Origin: Gammaproteobacteria bacterium
GTDB taxonomy: Bacteria; Pseudomonadota; Gammaproteobacteria; UBA6429; Thiohalophilaceae
Assembly: GCA_024641475.1 (NCBI GenBank)
Contig: JAHECZ010000002.1
Coordinates: 58,706-122,705, forward strand
DNA: 64,000 nt
Direction: 5' to 3'
In this document: positions 1 through 9,607 of the stretch, piece after piece
Layout of the letters: each line of letters starts with the position of its first letter
Position numbering within the stretch: the first letter of the stretch is position 1
The notes under the pieces: generated by a model
What the model was told of the DNA's origin: nothing
What the model saw: only the letters and a program-made list of their open reading frames with translations
Database searches by the model: none
Position numbers and translations under genes: made by a program

Positions 1-1
1 T

Positions 2-100
2 CGTACTGTGATGAACTGTAACCGCGGTGCGGGCCAAACCGTTTTCCATGTGCATTTGCACCTGCTGGCAGGTCGCCAGATGCATTGGCCACCTGGATAA
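2..100 (+). CDS. HIT-family (HinT-like) nucleotide hydrolase, C-terminal fragment; the gene begins left of the window
   Basis: Frame 2 reads [32 protein letters not shown], then TAA at 98-100. It has the HxHxHxx histidine-triad motif followed by the WPPG tail typical of HinT-type proteins. Confidence 0.6.
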   Translation, partial: RTVMNCNRGAGQTVFHVHLHLLAGRQMHWPPG

Positions 101-303
101 ATGGCATTAAATTTCTTTTCAGCTGATCGCCCCGTCAGGCGCTAAAAACCGCCAATTGTGACAAACAGGACGTTTTCCGACGTATTTAACGCAAATAAAC
201 CCAAAGTTTCTTGATATACGGGTGCTGCGCCCCTAGCTACTGGCTACGTTCCACTTGTATAATTCGCGACCTTTTTTACGCTTTCCCCAAGACAGGCAGT
301 ATC

Positions 304-2121
304 ATGATTCAGAAGCTACGTAATATCGCTATCATCGCGCACGTTGACCACGGTAAAACTACCCTTGTGGATCAATTGCTTAAACAATCCGGCACGTTCG
401 CTGCCCACCAGACCATCGGCACGCGGGTAATGGATTCCAACGACCTGGAAAAAGAACGCGGCATTACCATTCTGGCCAAGAATACCTCCCTGCTCTGGCA
501 CGACTATCGAATCAATATTGTCGACACCCCCGGCCATGCCGACTTTGGTGGCGAAGTCGAGCGCGTGCTGTCGATGGTGGACTCCGTTTTATTGCTGGTG
601 GATGCGGTTGACGGCCCCATGCCGCAAACCCGCTTTGTGACCCGGAAGGCCTTTGCGCAAGGCTTGAAGCCGATCGTGGTGATCAACAAGATCGACCGTC
701 CCGGTTCCCGTCCTGATTGGGTTGTGGACCAAACCTTTGATTTATTCGACAAACTCGGTGCCACCGAAGAACAACTCGATTTCCCGGTTATTTATGCCTC
801 AGCGTTGAACGGCTACGCCGGTCTGACCCACGACATTCGCGAAGGCAACATGGATCCCTTGTTCCAAACCATTATCGATCGCGTCGCTGCGCCGGATGTT
901 GATCCCGATGGTCCGTTCCAAATGCAAGTGACCAGCCTCGATTACTCCAGCTATGTGGGAGCAATCTCCATTGGACGTATCAAACGCGGCCGCATCAAGC
1001 CCGGCAAGAGCGTCAGCATCATCAATAATGACGGCAAGGTTCGCACCGGCCGCGTCTTGCAATTATTAGGTTTCCATGGCCTGGATCGCTACGAAGTCGA
1101 AGAAGCCAGTGCCGGCGCCATTGTCGCTATCAGTGGTATTGAAGGACCGAAGATTTCCGAAACCATTTGCGATCCGACCAAGATTGAAGCGCTGCCACCA
1201 CTGACCGTCGATGAACCGACCGTCACCATGTCATTTGAAGTCAACAACTCACCGTTCGCCGGCAAAGATGGCAAGTTCATTACCAGCCGACAGATTCGTG
1301 ATCGTCTGCAACGTGAATTGATTCATAACGTCGCATTACGCGTTGAAGATACCGCCAGCCCGGATAAATTCCGTGTCAGCGGCCGTGGTGAATTGCATTT
1401 GAGCGTATTGATCGAAAACATGCGCCGCGAAGGTTTCGAATTAGGTGTGTCACGGCCACAAGTGATTATCAAGGAAATAGACGGCGAACAGCACGAACCG
1501 TATGAAACCGTCACCCTCGATGTGGAATCCCAGCATCAAGGTACCGTGATGGAGAAGCTCGGTCTGCGTAAGGGCGATCTGTTGAATATGGAACCCGATG
1601 GCAAAGGCCGGGTACGTCTGGATTACATGATCCCTTCGCGCGGCTTGATCGGTTTTCGTACTGAATTCATGACGTCAACTGCCGGTACCGGTTTGTTATA
1701 CGCCACCTTCGATCATTATGGTCCGATCAAAAAAGGTGAGGTGGCCAATCGTAATAACGGTGTATTGATTTCCAACGGCATGGGTACTTCGGTGGCGTAT
1801 GGTCTGTTCAACCTGCAAGAACGCGGTCGCATGTTCATTGGTGCGGGCGAAGAATTGTACGAAGGCATGATCATCGGTATCCATTCTCGCGACAACGATC
1901 TGGTCGTAAACCCGATGAAGTCCAAGCAGCTTACTAATATGCGTGCTTCGGGTACGGACGAAAATACGATTTTAGTACCACCGATTCGTTTAACGCTGGA
2001 ACAGGCGCTGGAATTCATCAACGACGACGAACTGGTTGAAGTTACCCCGCACCATTTGCGTCTGCGCAAACGTTTCCTCAAGGAAAACGACCGCAAACGC
2101 TCCGAACGCGCTGCCGGCTAA
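304..2121 (+). CDS. typA: Translational GTPase TypA/BipA
   Basis: GTPase motifs AHVDHGKTT (G1), [14 protein letters not shown] (G3) and NKIDR (G4), with EF-G-like domains across the full length. The ATG at 304 ([11 protein letters not shown]) gives about 605 aa, the usual BipA size. Confidence 0.95.
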   Translation: MIQKLRNIAIIAHVDHGKTTLVDQLLKQSGTFAAHQTIGTRVMDSNDLEKERGITILAKNTSLLWHDYRINIVDTPGHADFGGEVERVLSMVDSVLLLVDAVDGPMPQTRFVTRKAFAQGLKPIVVINKIDRPGSRPDWVVDQTFDLFDKLGATEEQLDFPVIYASALNGYAGLTHDIREGNMDPLFQTIIDRVAAPDVDPDGPFQMQVTSLDYSSYVGAISIGRIKRGRIKPGKSVSIINNDGKVRTGRVLQLLGFHGLDRYEVEEASAGAIVAISGIEGPKISETICDPTKIEALPPLTVDEPTVTMSFEVNNSPFAGKDGKFITSRQIRDRLQRELIHNVALRVEDTASPDKFRVSGRGELHLSVLIENMRREGFELGVSRPQVIIKEIDGEQHEPYETVTLDVESQHQGTVMEKLGLRKGDLLNMEPDGKGRVRLDYMIPSRGLIGFRTEFMTSTAGTGLLYATFDHYGPIKKGEVANRNNGVLISNGMGTSVAYGLFNLQERGRMFIGAGEELYEGMIIGIHSRDNDLVVNPMKSKQLTNMRASGTDENTILVPPIRLTLEQALEFINDDELVEVTPHHLRLRKRFLKENDRKRSERAAG

Positions 2122-2133
2122 GCCGCTGCTATC

Positions 2134-2170
2134 GCAGGGAACAGGCATGGCTCTGTTCCCTGCTATTTCG
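2134..2170 (+). terminator. Rho-independent terminator after typA
   Basis: An 11-bp perfect stem, GCAGGGAACAG (2134-2144) pairing with CTGTTCCCTGC (2153-2163), followed by TATTTCG. Confidence 0.6.
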
Positions 2171-2432
2171 AGCACCTTGTCCGCAATATTCACCGCATGT
2201 TTTGACCACACCAAGCTGAGAATCTAAAGCACCGTCTTTTTTCAAGACTGCTAATAATTCTCATTGGCCCGGCAATTCGAATTCAAGCCGGGTAGTTAAG
2301 TACGCCAATTCGGTAGTCTTGATCACATAAGTAAAATGCCTGCACAGCATCCACGATTTTCTATCGTGCCTATAACAATTATAGGCAATGCCGGTGTACC
2401 ATCATTCCATCACTCAAAAATGATGACCCTGT

Positions 2433-3491
2433 ATGACGGCGCCTCAATACGACAAAAATACCCCTGGCACCCTGTTTACTGCACTCAAAGAGTTCCTGCC
2501 AAGGAAACAACCCAACGCAACCGGGAAAGTTCACGGCATAGTTCTGGTGCTAGGCGGCGGCGGCGCACGTGGTTTGGCGCATATTGGCGTGCTGCAGGTA
2601 TTGGCTGAAAATGCCATCCCGGTACGTGCAATCGCCGGGACCAGCATCGGCGCTGAAATTGGTGCCTTTGTTGCCAGTGGCATGTCACTGATCGAACTCA
2701 CCCGTATTGCCACCGAGTTCGACTGGATGGAAACCTTGCAATTATTTATGCCGGACTGGCCTGGCGGCGGCTTAGTCTCGGGTAAATACATCATCGCTTT
2801 TTTGGAACGACATCTGGGCGCGTATCAGATCGAGAATTTGACCTTGCCCTATATTGCGATTGCCACTGATCTGGAAACCGGTGCGCAAATCATCATCGAT
2901 ACCGGACGACTCGCCGATGCTGTGCGCGCCAGTATCTCTATCCCCGGGGTTATGGCACCGCATATCGTAGGCCACCGTCGCTTAATCGATGGTAGTGTTG
3001 TAAATCCACTGCCATTTGATGTGGCACGCGACCGTTTTGGCGGACCCGTCGTGGCCGTCACAGTAGATAATGCCTCACAGCACCCGCATCAACAGACTGA
3101 ACACACACAACGGCCGGAACGCATGCGGCAATTGCTCAAACATCCCTGGATGCAGCGCGCGCCCATGTTGCGCAATTGGCTGGAAGGACAGATCAACAAT
3201 CACGACAAACAACCTAAATCGCCCTGGTCACTACGACGGGTGATCGATCGCGCCACTGATATCCGTCAACAGCACATCATCGATTTGCGCGCCAAACTTT
3301 CCCCACCCGATCTGATTATTACACCGAATGTCAGTCATATTGGCATGCTGGAGTTTTATGAGGCAACGTCCGCTATCACAGCTGGTCGTGAAGCAGCGCT
3401 TGCGCAACTACCTGCATTGCGTGAATTACTGGAAGGCCAACGAACAACCACTGGCAATTCCCATTTCTCTGCTCCAAATTCACCAGTTTAA
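2433..3491 (+). CDS. Patatin-like phospholipase (RssA-like)
   Basis: Oxyanion motif GGGGARG, nucleophile elbow GTSIGA (GxSxG) and catalytic Asp motif IDGSVVN (DG[SA]). Confidence 0.85.
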   Translation: MTAPQYDKNTPGTLFTALKEFLPRKQPNATGKVHGIVLVLGGGGARGLAHIGVLQVLAENAIPVRAIAGTSIGAEIGAFVASGMSLIELTRIATEFDWMETLQLFMPDWPGGGLVSGKYIIAFLERHLGAYQIENLTLPYIAIATDLETGAQIIIDTGRLADAVRASISIPGVMAPHIVGHRRLIDGSVVNPLPFDVARDRFGGPVVAVTVDNASQHPHQQTEHTQRPERMRQLLKHPWMQRAPMLRNWLEGQINNHDKQPKSPWSLRRVIDRATDIRQQHIIDLRAKLSPPDLIITPNVSHIGMLEFYEATSAITAGREAALAQLPALRELLEGQRTTTGNSHFSAPNSPV

Positions 3492-3610
3492 TTATTTAAG
3501 TTTTATCTAAGTCCTGCATGAGACTATGCTTTAGCTGGTATTGAAATTGCGCCGACTTCAGTGGTCACGCAAACGTAAATTTTTCAGCCTATTCAAGCCA
3601 AAGGAAATCC

Positions 3611-4057
3611 ATGTTTTTTATCATATTAGTCTGTTTGGCGTTGCTGACATTAACAACTCTCGTGCATTTTGAAGTGTTACAATATTTGACCTTGAAATTA
3701 CCGGCCTTGCTAATTCCACGCAGAACCAAACTAATTGTCGTTATCTTTGGCGCATTCATGGCACACGCTATTGAAATAGTTTTGTATGGGTTAACGTTTT
3801 TTTCTTTTGCACATTTTTTTGCATTAGGAACGCTGAGTGGCAAGGGAGGAATATCGTTAATGAATTGTATGTACTTCTCAACAGAAACCTATACGTCGCT
3901 GGGCTTTGGCGACATCATTCCGAATGGATCGCTACGCCTTGTTGCGGGAATGGAGGCATTGAATGGCCTGCTATTAATTGGTTGGTCGGCCTCGTATACC
4001 TATATCGCAATGGAGCGATTCTGGAATAGCACCTCTATTGAACTACGCAATTCATAA
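3611..4057 (+). CDS. Small potassium-channel-like pore protein (Ion_trans_2 type)
   Basis: Hydrophobic TM helices flank a selectivity-filter-like TSLGFGD. RBS AAGGAAA lies upstream of the ATG. Confidence 0.7.
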   Translation: MFFIILVCLALLTLTTLVHFEVLQYLTLKLPALLIPRRTKLIVVIFGAFMAHAIEIVLYGLTFFSFAHFFALGTLSGKGGISLMNCMYFSTETYTSLGFGDIIPNGSLRLVAGMEALNGLLLIGWSASYTYIAMERFWNSTSIELRNS

Positions 4058-4071
4058 TATTGAGTTGTGAC

Positions 4072-5181
4072 TCAACGTACCAGATCGTGTGCAATCACCT
4101 GCACACCGCCGGTGAGTACGCTGGCCTTAAAACCATTCTGCACCAATAAAAATGCCGCTGCTGAACTGCGACGCCCCGTACCGCAATAACAAATGTATTC
4201 TTTGTCTTGATCCAGTTCAGCCATGCGCATACGCAATTCATGCAATGGTATGCTGAGTGCTTTGGGCATATGACTGTGATGATATTCCTTGGCGTGGCGT
4301 ACATCCAGCCAGACGGAACCTTTGTTGACACGTGCACGCGCTTCATCGGCAGAGACACGGTTGAGCAACGGCTCTTTGAGTAACTCATCAAAATCCGTTT
4401 TGGCCAGACGCATCACCATACCGTCACTGGTCATGGTCACATTGGCGTTGCGGGAACCACCGCTGACCAGGGCTTCTTCACCAAAACTGGAACCCGGCTG
4501 TAACTCCGCCAGTTCAATCGTGCGAGTTACCTGCGCAGTCCCTTCCGTGATCACATAGAAAAAATCACCGGGATCGCCCTGTTTGACGATCGGTTGATCT
4601 TTCTCGACCAGTAACGTCTCCATCCGCTCCAGTAATGCCTTGATGTTAGCAGGTGGCATGTTTTTAAACGCCATGATGTGCCGCATGCGCCTTACCCAAT
4701 TGCGCTCTTCATCCGGTTCGAAACTATTGGGATCTGCGGCGGTAGTAGTTGGCTCTACTGCAGAATCGACATTAGCGGGTTCTTCTGCCGGTGTTGGCTG
4801 CAGCTGCTCGGAAACTGCCATCTGATCCCACATCATCATATAATCCAATACACTATTATCGATGCGGACGATCTCACTGCGACTGAGCGTGACACACGAG
4901 GCCTGGCGCGGCTGGCTTTCATCAATCGGAAATTTGGCGGTTTTGTCCTTGCTGGTTAAGACTTTGTCGGTTTTACCGTCAGCGGAGGTGAGTTGTACAT
5001 CACCATCCAGCAGATAAATGGTCTGATTATCAACATCGCCTTCGCGAAATACACTCATGCCTGCAGACATTTTTTCAACAATTGCCAGACCAGCTAATTC
5101 ATCCCAGCGTTCGGTGGATAAATGTGCAATCGGTTCCAATGTTTTGAGTCGCTCAATGGCGATGCGAGTTTTGTCATCCAT
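4072..5181 (-). CDS. Fusion protein with two cyclic-nucleotide-binding domains and a C-terminal rhodanese domain
   Basis: Two CAP-effector-type segments (FREGDVDNQTIYLLDGDV, and KQGDPGDFFYVITEGTAQV...FGEEALV). The C-terminal rhodanese has the active-site loop CYCGTGRRS. Confidence 0.8.
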   Translation of the reverse strand: MDDKTRIAIERLKTLEPIAHLSTERWDELAGLAIVEKMSAGMSVFREGDVDNQTIYLLDGDVQLTSADGKTDKVLTSKDKTAKFPIDESQPRQASCVTLSRSEIVRIDNSVLDYMMMWDQMAVSEQLQPTPAEEPANVDSAVEPTTTAADPNSFEPDEERNWVRRMRHIMAFKNMPPANIKALLERMETLLVEKDQPIVKQGDPGDFFYVITEGTAQVTRTIELAELQPGSSFGEEALVSGGSRNANVTMTSDGMVMRLAKTDFDELLKEPLLNRVSADEARARVNKGSVWLDVRHAKEYHHSHMPKALSIPLHELRMRMAELDQDKEYICYCGTGRRSSAAAFLLVQNGFKASVLTGGVQVIAHDLVR

Positions 5182-5480
5182 TCTGAAATAATGCCTTACT
5201 TAAATTGGAGCCAAGAAGTGTAGCATGCGTCACCGCACTTTTGCGCTTGTGAATGTGAACCTGATCGCAAGTCAGTGCGAACCCATGCTGTTTCAAGTAT
5301 GGCGTAATATTGCCGATAAAAAACCCATGTGGACATTCATGGATGAAATTTTCTCACCGGTTCAGTGTACACAATGTGTAACATTTCATTCCCCTTTGTT
5401 TTTAAAGTCTTGCTGTGGTTCAGCCGCTATAGGCCTGTGTGTGTTGAATTATAAACATTAACAAAAACAGGGAATTAGCT

Positions 5481-6842
5481 GTGCCTTTCTCAGAAATCAT
5501 TCTTACACTTATTGATAAACGTCATCTGCCATTTGAAACCAAACAGGCCCCCGATGCGGTAGCGCTACGTGAAGATTGGTTGGAACAAACCGTACCACTG
5601 GAACAAGTCGCGCGTGTAACAATGTTACAAAGTGCCGATCAGATGGTAATGGCACTCTACCCAATGACGAATCAGCTAAATATGCAGAAATTGAAAAGTA
5701 TTATCAGTGCAGATTTGCGCTTTATCGACACCAATCAAACCGTCAATAATTTTTACCAACAGCTCAAAGACCAAAACAGTCATAACAATAAAGTTGGCTT
5801 ACGAATTATTGTCGATGAAGAGTTAACGAATCAGGATTACGTATACTTTGAAGCTCCCAAGGCCTGCAGTTTGCTAAAGCTACAGGCAGAACAACTTGGC
5901 ATGCTGGCCGATAACGTACTGCTTGGCACACGTATTTCAGCGCCCAATCCACGTAATGCTGTAAATACTGATCAGAATTTACCGAAAGTGGATTTACGTT
6001 CACGCATAGCCAAATTAACGCGTTTACCCGCCATGCCGGAAATGCCCGCCAAGATACTGGCTTTACGGAATAACCCGTCCGGGACGGTTGATGATCTTAC
6101 CGAGATCATCGAAAAAGATCCGTCACTCGCAGCTCAGATAATGCGCTATGCAAATTCGGCAATGTTCAATCACCACTCGCCGGCAGAATCAATCAAGGAC
6201 GCTATTTTCCGCATCCTCGGCTACGAAACTGTTTTACATATAACTCTCGGTTATGCTTTAGGCAAAGCCTTCAAGTTACCCATGAATGGACCGCTCGGTA
6301 ATGACAGCTTCTGGCAACACGCGACCTTTAGCGCTGCATTAGCCCAGCAACTGGCGCAAGCCATACCCAAGGCACAACGGCCCAAACCGGGGTTGGCTTA
6401 TCTCGCCGGCTTATTACATGATTCAGGCTTTCTGGTTTTGCACCTGTTTTTCCGCAATGAATATACCTGGCTGAATAAAATGCTCCAGGCAAATCCAAAT
6501 CAATCGATTGTAGAAATGGAAACCCGGATGTTGGGAATGTCGCACAATGAATTAGGCTGTTGGCTGTTTCAAGCCTGGAACATGCCTGCCGAAATACTCT
6601 GTGCAGTAGCCCACCACCATGATCTGGAATATCAGGGCGAACATGTTGAATATGCCTTGTTACTGAATCTCACCGAACGTCTGCTTAAGACCCACGGCAT
6701 ATCTGATGCGGAAACCGATGAAATTCCTGACGCATTATTCGAACGACTGGGGTTGCAGGAAGAAGAAGTTTATCTCATCGTAGACAAGGTATTGCAAGGC
6801 GGTTCCGCCTTGCGCGCCATGGCTCACGCGGTTGCGGGATAA
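5481..6842 (+). CDS. HDOD-domain protein with an N-terminal YbaK/aminoacyl-tRNA-deacylase-like domain
   Basis: The C-terminal half has the HDOD signature (LPAMPEMPAKILALRNNPSGTVDDLTEIIEKDPSLAAQIMRYANSAMF ... LLHDSGFLVL). The N-terminal 150 aa resemble a YbaK-type domain (weaker call). GTG start. Confidence 0.75.
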   Translation: MPFSEIILTLIDKRHLPFETKQAPDAVALREDWLEQTVPLEQVARVTMLQSADQMVMALYPMTNQLNMQKLKSIISADLRFIDTNQTVNNFYQQLKDQNSHNNKVGLRIIVDEELTNQDYVYFEAPKACSLLKLQAEQLGMLADNVLLGTRISAPNPRNAVNTDQNLPKVDLRSRIAKLTRLPAMPEMPAKILALRNNPSGTVDDLTEIIEKDPSLAAQIMRYANSAMFNHHSPAESIKDAIFRILGYETVLHITLGYALGKAFKLPMNGPLGNDSFWQHATFSAALAQQLAQAIPKAQRPKPGLAYLAGLLHDSGFLVLHLFFRNEYTWLNKMLQANPNQSIVEMETRMLGMSHNELGCWLFQAWNMPAEILCAVAHHHDLEYQGEHVEYALLLNLTERLLKTHGISDAETDEIPDALFERLGLQEEEVYLIVDKVLQGGSALRAMAHAVAG

Positions 6843-6857
6843 CTCCACGCAGTCGCT

Positions 6858-7418
6858 TCAGAAACGCAGACCCCCAAGGCGGTCTGTGACATAATTGCGG
6901 TGCCAGAGGACGCCTGCATAGAAACTCGCACCTGCCGTCAACAGAATTCCTATCGCTATCCACAGCCACAGTAAACTGCGACCTTGCACGGCACCTAATG
7001 ACTCTAACTGGGAACTGAGGTGTTGGTTGGACTGACGCAAGGTAGTTACTGTGTCTGCCAGTTGGGTATTACTATCCTGCGTGGTTTTTAGCAAGGCGGT
7101 TTTTTCATCGATATCTTTTGTTGCCTGTTGCAGCTGCAAAGTTACTTTATCCAGCTGCGCCCGCACTGGCACATCGCGGGTAATGTGGATTTCCTTAACC
7201 CAGCCTTCCATACCTTCAGCGCTGCGAATTTTGACATAGTCGTCGCTACGCTTTAAAACCTCCAACTTCATACCACTAACGATGACACCAATTGGTGGTG
7301 CATTATTATCCGGTTCGGGCCTGACGCCTATGCGTAAATTATCGGTGACATAGACGCTTTCGGCATGTGCCACCGGTAGTATCACGAATAACAAACCCAG
7401 CAAAATAAACTGTTTCAT
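6858..7418 (-). CDS. Exported bacterial SH3-domain protein with coiled coil and C-terminal TM anchor (TIGR04211-like)
   Basis: Signal peptide MKQFILLGLLFVILPVAHA, an SH3b-like segment (YVTDNLRIGVRPEP...MKLEVLKRSDDYVKIRSAEGMEGWV), a coiled coil and a C-terminal TM helix. Confidence 0.7.
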   Translation of the reverse strand: MKQFILLGLLFVILPVAHAESVYVTDNLRIGVRPEPDNNAPPIGVIVSGMKLEVLKRSDDYVKIRSAEGMEGWVKEIHITRDVPVRAQLDKVTLQLQQATKDIDEKTALLKTTQDSNTQLADTVTTLRQSNQHLSSQLESLGAVQGRSLLWLWIAIGILLTAGASFYAGVLWHRNYVTDRLGGLRF

Positions 7419-7512
7419 AGCGAAGTACCCTTATGCTGCATGGCGGTTCCTGAATCGACAGCCCTTACAACTTTAGCACGATACTGGGCAGATGCAGTGC
7501 TTATGGTCACGA

Positions 7513-7884
7513 TCAGCGACTGTTCCAGAGACAAACAGCGTCATTCAGGACGCTGATCTTGAGAGGTGTGAGGCATTCATCAACGCACGGGCCATAGACG
7601 CAGTAGCCACTGGCTGGTTCAAACAAAGCACCATGCAAACTGCACTGCAGATAACGTTGTTCCAAATCAAAAAATTGCGCCGGAGACCAGTTGAGATTCA
7701 CGCCAGTGTGCGGACAGGCATTCTGATAGGCATACCAGTGGCCATGCCAATGCACGAGGATACCTTCAACTTGCTCACCATTGAGCGAAACCTCGAATCC
7801 GCGTGCGCCGGGATCGGCAAGCGCATGACACGGGCAGATCACCACGGGTAATCCCTCGACAGATTTATCCTCAGGTGCCGACAT
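7513..7884 (-). CDS. Rieske [2Fe-2S] domain protein
   Basis: Rieske ligand boxes CPHTG and CSLHG at the usual spacing. Overlaps the 3' end of the upstream yjbQ-like gene by 14 nt. Confidence 0.8.
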   Translation of the reverse strand: MSAPEDKSVEGLPVVICPCHALADPGARGFEVSLNGEQVEGILVHWHGHWYAYQNACPHTGVNLNWSPAQFFDLEQRYLQCSLHGALFEPASGYCVYGPCVDECLTPLKISVLNDAVCLWNSR

Positions 7885-8278
7885 GGATCACTAATTCGCG
7901 CCGGGTAGTGGCATGGCGGTGTTCCCACAAGTAAATACCTTGCCAGGTTCCCAACGCCAACCGACCCTGGAGTATCGGAATCGACAGCGAAGTAGCCGTT
8001 AACGCCGCTTTGATATGCGCCGGCATATCATCATCGCCTTCGAGCGTATGCGTATAGGCCGCGTCCCGCTCCGGAACCAACCGATTTAACCATTGTTCCA
8101 GATCGTAACGGGCAGAGGGATCGGCATTTTCCTGAATCAGCAGACTCGCCGATGTGTGTTTTATGAATAGGGTGCACAATCCTTCCACTACATCGGCTTG
8201 CGCCACAAGCCGCGCAATTTCATCGGTAATCAGATGCAGTCCCTGACAACGTACTGTGAGCGATATCTGCCGTATCAT
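7871..8278 (-). CDS. yjbQ: YjbQ/UPF0047 family protein (secondary thiamine-phosphate synthase)
   Basis: Full-length match to the family pattern: LFIKHTSASLLIQENADP, DDMPAHIKAAL, GTWQGIYLWEHR. Confidence 0.85.
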   Translation of the reverse strand: MIRQISLTVRCQGLHLITDEIARLVAQADVVEGLCTLFIKHTSASLLIQENADPSARYDLEQWLNRLVPERDAAYTHTLEGDDDMPAHIKAALTATSLSIPILQGRLALGTWQGIYLWEHRHATTRRELVIHVGT

Positions 8279-8492
8279 GAAATTTGCCTTTTTCCCCTAT
8301 ACGTCCGCAATATTTGCTTGCCTTCTGCTGTGTTATATGTCTTTAAATTTTACGTGATCGAGCGCCTGAGCCTGTATTTAAGGGTTTTTTATGCATCGCC
8401 AGAAAAAATATTTACCTAAACACTTCACAGATGCCATAATTCTGCTATTGTAACAGGAATTTATATACTTCTAACTAACTGCGGGAGCACCC

Positions 8493-8858
8493 ATGGCAAG
8501 CAAGAAAAAAGCAAAGAAGGTAACCACCAAGAAGCAAACCGTAAAAAACATCAGCACTCCTATGTCCAAATCCATGTTGTTCGGCACGATTGCTGAGAGC
8601 ACCGGTTTGAAACGTAAGGATGTGGTTGCTGTCTATGATACGCTGACAACGCTGATTAACGGCCACGTTAAGCGTGGTGGCGCCGGTATCTTTACCTTGC
8701 CGGGGCTGCTGAAGATCAAAGTCATCAACAAACCAGCAACCAAGGCTCGCAAAGGTATCAATCCGTTTACCGGCGAACCAACCACCTTCAAAGCCAAACC
8801 GGCCCGTAACGTTGTTAAGGGTGTTGCCCTGAAAGCGTTGAAGGAAATGGCCAAGTAA
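8493..8858 (+). CDS. HU/IHF-family DNA-binding protein with a lysine-rich N-terminal extension
   Basis: HU fold pattern (FTLPGLLKIKV...ARKGINPFTGEPTTFKAKP) preceded by MASKKKAKKVTTKKQTVK. Confidence 0.8.
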   Translation: MASKKKAKKVTTKKQTVKNISTPMSKSMLFGTIAESTGLKRKDVVAVYDTLTTLINGHVKRGGAGIFTLPGLLKIKVINKPATKARKGINPFTGEPTTFKAKPARNVVKGVALKALKEMAK

Positions 8859-8870
8859 GTTCACCATTGC

Positions 8871-8896
8871 AAGGTGGTGGCATACGCCACCACCTT
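8871..8896. terminator. Bidirectional hairpin terminator between convergent genes
   Basis: AAGGTGGTGGC-ATAC-GCCACCACCTT, a perfect 11-bp stem with a 4-nt loop, between the HU (+) and HAD (-) stops. Confidence 0.6.
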
Positions 8897-8902
8897 CATG
8901 GT

Positions 8903-9598
8903 TTAAGACTCTTCCCCAAGGAATTCCCAAATGTCGTCCAGCCGGGCGAGTTCTGCATAAAGATACTCACCTTGTGCCTGGCGTATATGATCGATATCCG
9001 GTTCCTGTAAATGCCGCGTCAGCAACACCGGCCGCAACCCGACATGATGTGCGCCACGATGTTCGTCACTGCCACCATCCCCAATAAACAGACATTCCTG
9101 GGCAGCTAAACCCAGCCGCAGTAATGCCTGCTGGTAAATCGATGCATGCGGTTTTCGCGCACCACAGTCGCAACTGAATACCACGGTATCAAAACAGGAC
9201 GATAGCGGCGAACGATGCCAGGCATGAATCTCGGCACTTGACGCATTGGAAACTAGCGCAAGTCGCACGCCACGTTCACGTAATTGCAGGAGAACACCCA
9301 GCACAGCCTCTTCAACTTGACTCAAGGCAAAATCAAATCGCTGCTGACGCTCCTGTGTCGCAGCCAGAATGCGCTGCTCAGGTATGGTGGGATCGATGCT
9401 ATGCGCAAGGCAACGTATCGTTTCGGTATGTGTTGCCGGTCGGCAGATCTCGTGCAACTGGCTGAAACATGCCTGATTCCAGGCATCACGCCCGACTCCA
9501 AGAATATCTGCGGTAAAACGCCCATGCCGGGCAGGCACATCTGCGACATTGACCAGGGTATTGAAGAGATCAAAACATAGGCCCCGGACAACACTCAT
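8903..9598 (-). CDS. HAD-superfamily hydrolase
   Basis: Motif I FDLFNTL (DxxxT variant), motif II LVSNAS and motif IV GDGGSDE. Confidence 0.75.
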   Translation of the reverse strand: MSVVRGLCFDLFNTLVNVADVPARHGRFTADILGVGRDAWNQACFSQLHEICRPATHTETIRCLAHSIDPTIPEQRILAATQERQQRFDFALSQVEEAVLGVLLQLRERGVRLALVSNASSAEIHAWHRSPLSSCFDTVVFSCDCGARKPHASIYQQALLRLGLAAQECLFIGDGGSDEHRGAHHVGLRPVLLTRHLQEPDIDHIRQAQGEYLYAELARLDDIWEFLGEES

Positions 9599-9607
9599 GT
9601 ATTCAAC

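Noticed and set aside
211-303. A 31-codon N-terminal extension of the typA ORF (MIYGCCAPSYWLRS...).
   Set aside because: BipA proteins start at [19 protein letters not shown]. The extension has no homology-like features and starts at a non-ATG codon (ttg), so the ATG at 304 was chosen.
2336-2608. A 90-aa plus-strand ORF overlapping the start of the patatin gene.
   Set aside because: It is out of frame with a well-supported gene, and its tail is Arg-rich and looks like a frame artefact.
5225-5461. A 78-aa plus-strand ORF in the divergent intergenic region before the HDOD gene.
   Set aside because: It has no RBS and no motifs, and it occupies a region expected to hold two divergent promoters.
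7441-7480. A sigma-28-like motif, minus strand CTAAAGTTG-N8-GTCGATTC, upstream of the SH3-domain gene.
   Set aside because: The spacer is about 4 nt shorter than in the consensus and the two island copies, and the -10 lacks the ATA. It is probably a chance match.
8475-8930. A 151-aa minus-strand ORF covering the HU gene.
   Set aside because: It is antisense to a gene with a clear HU signature, and its own translation has no recognisable features.
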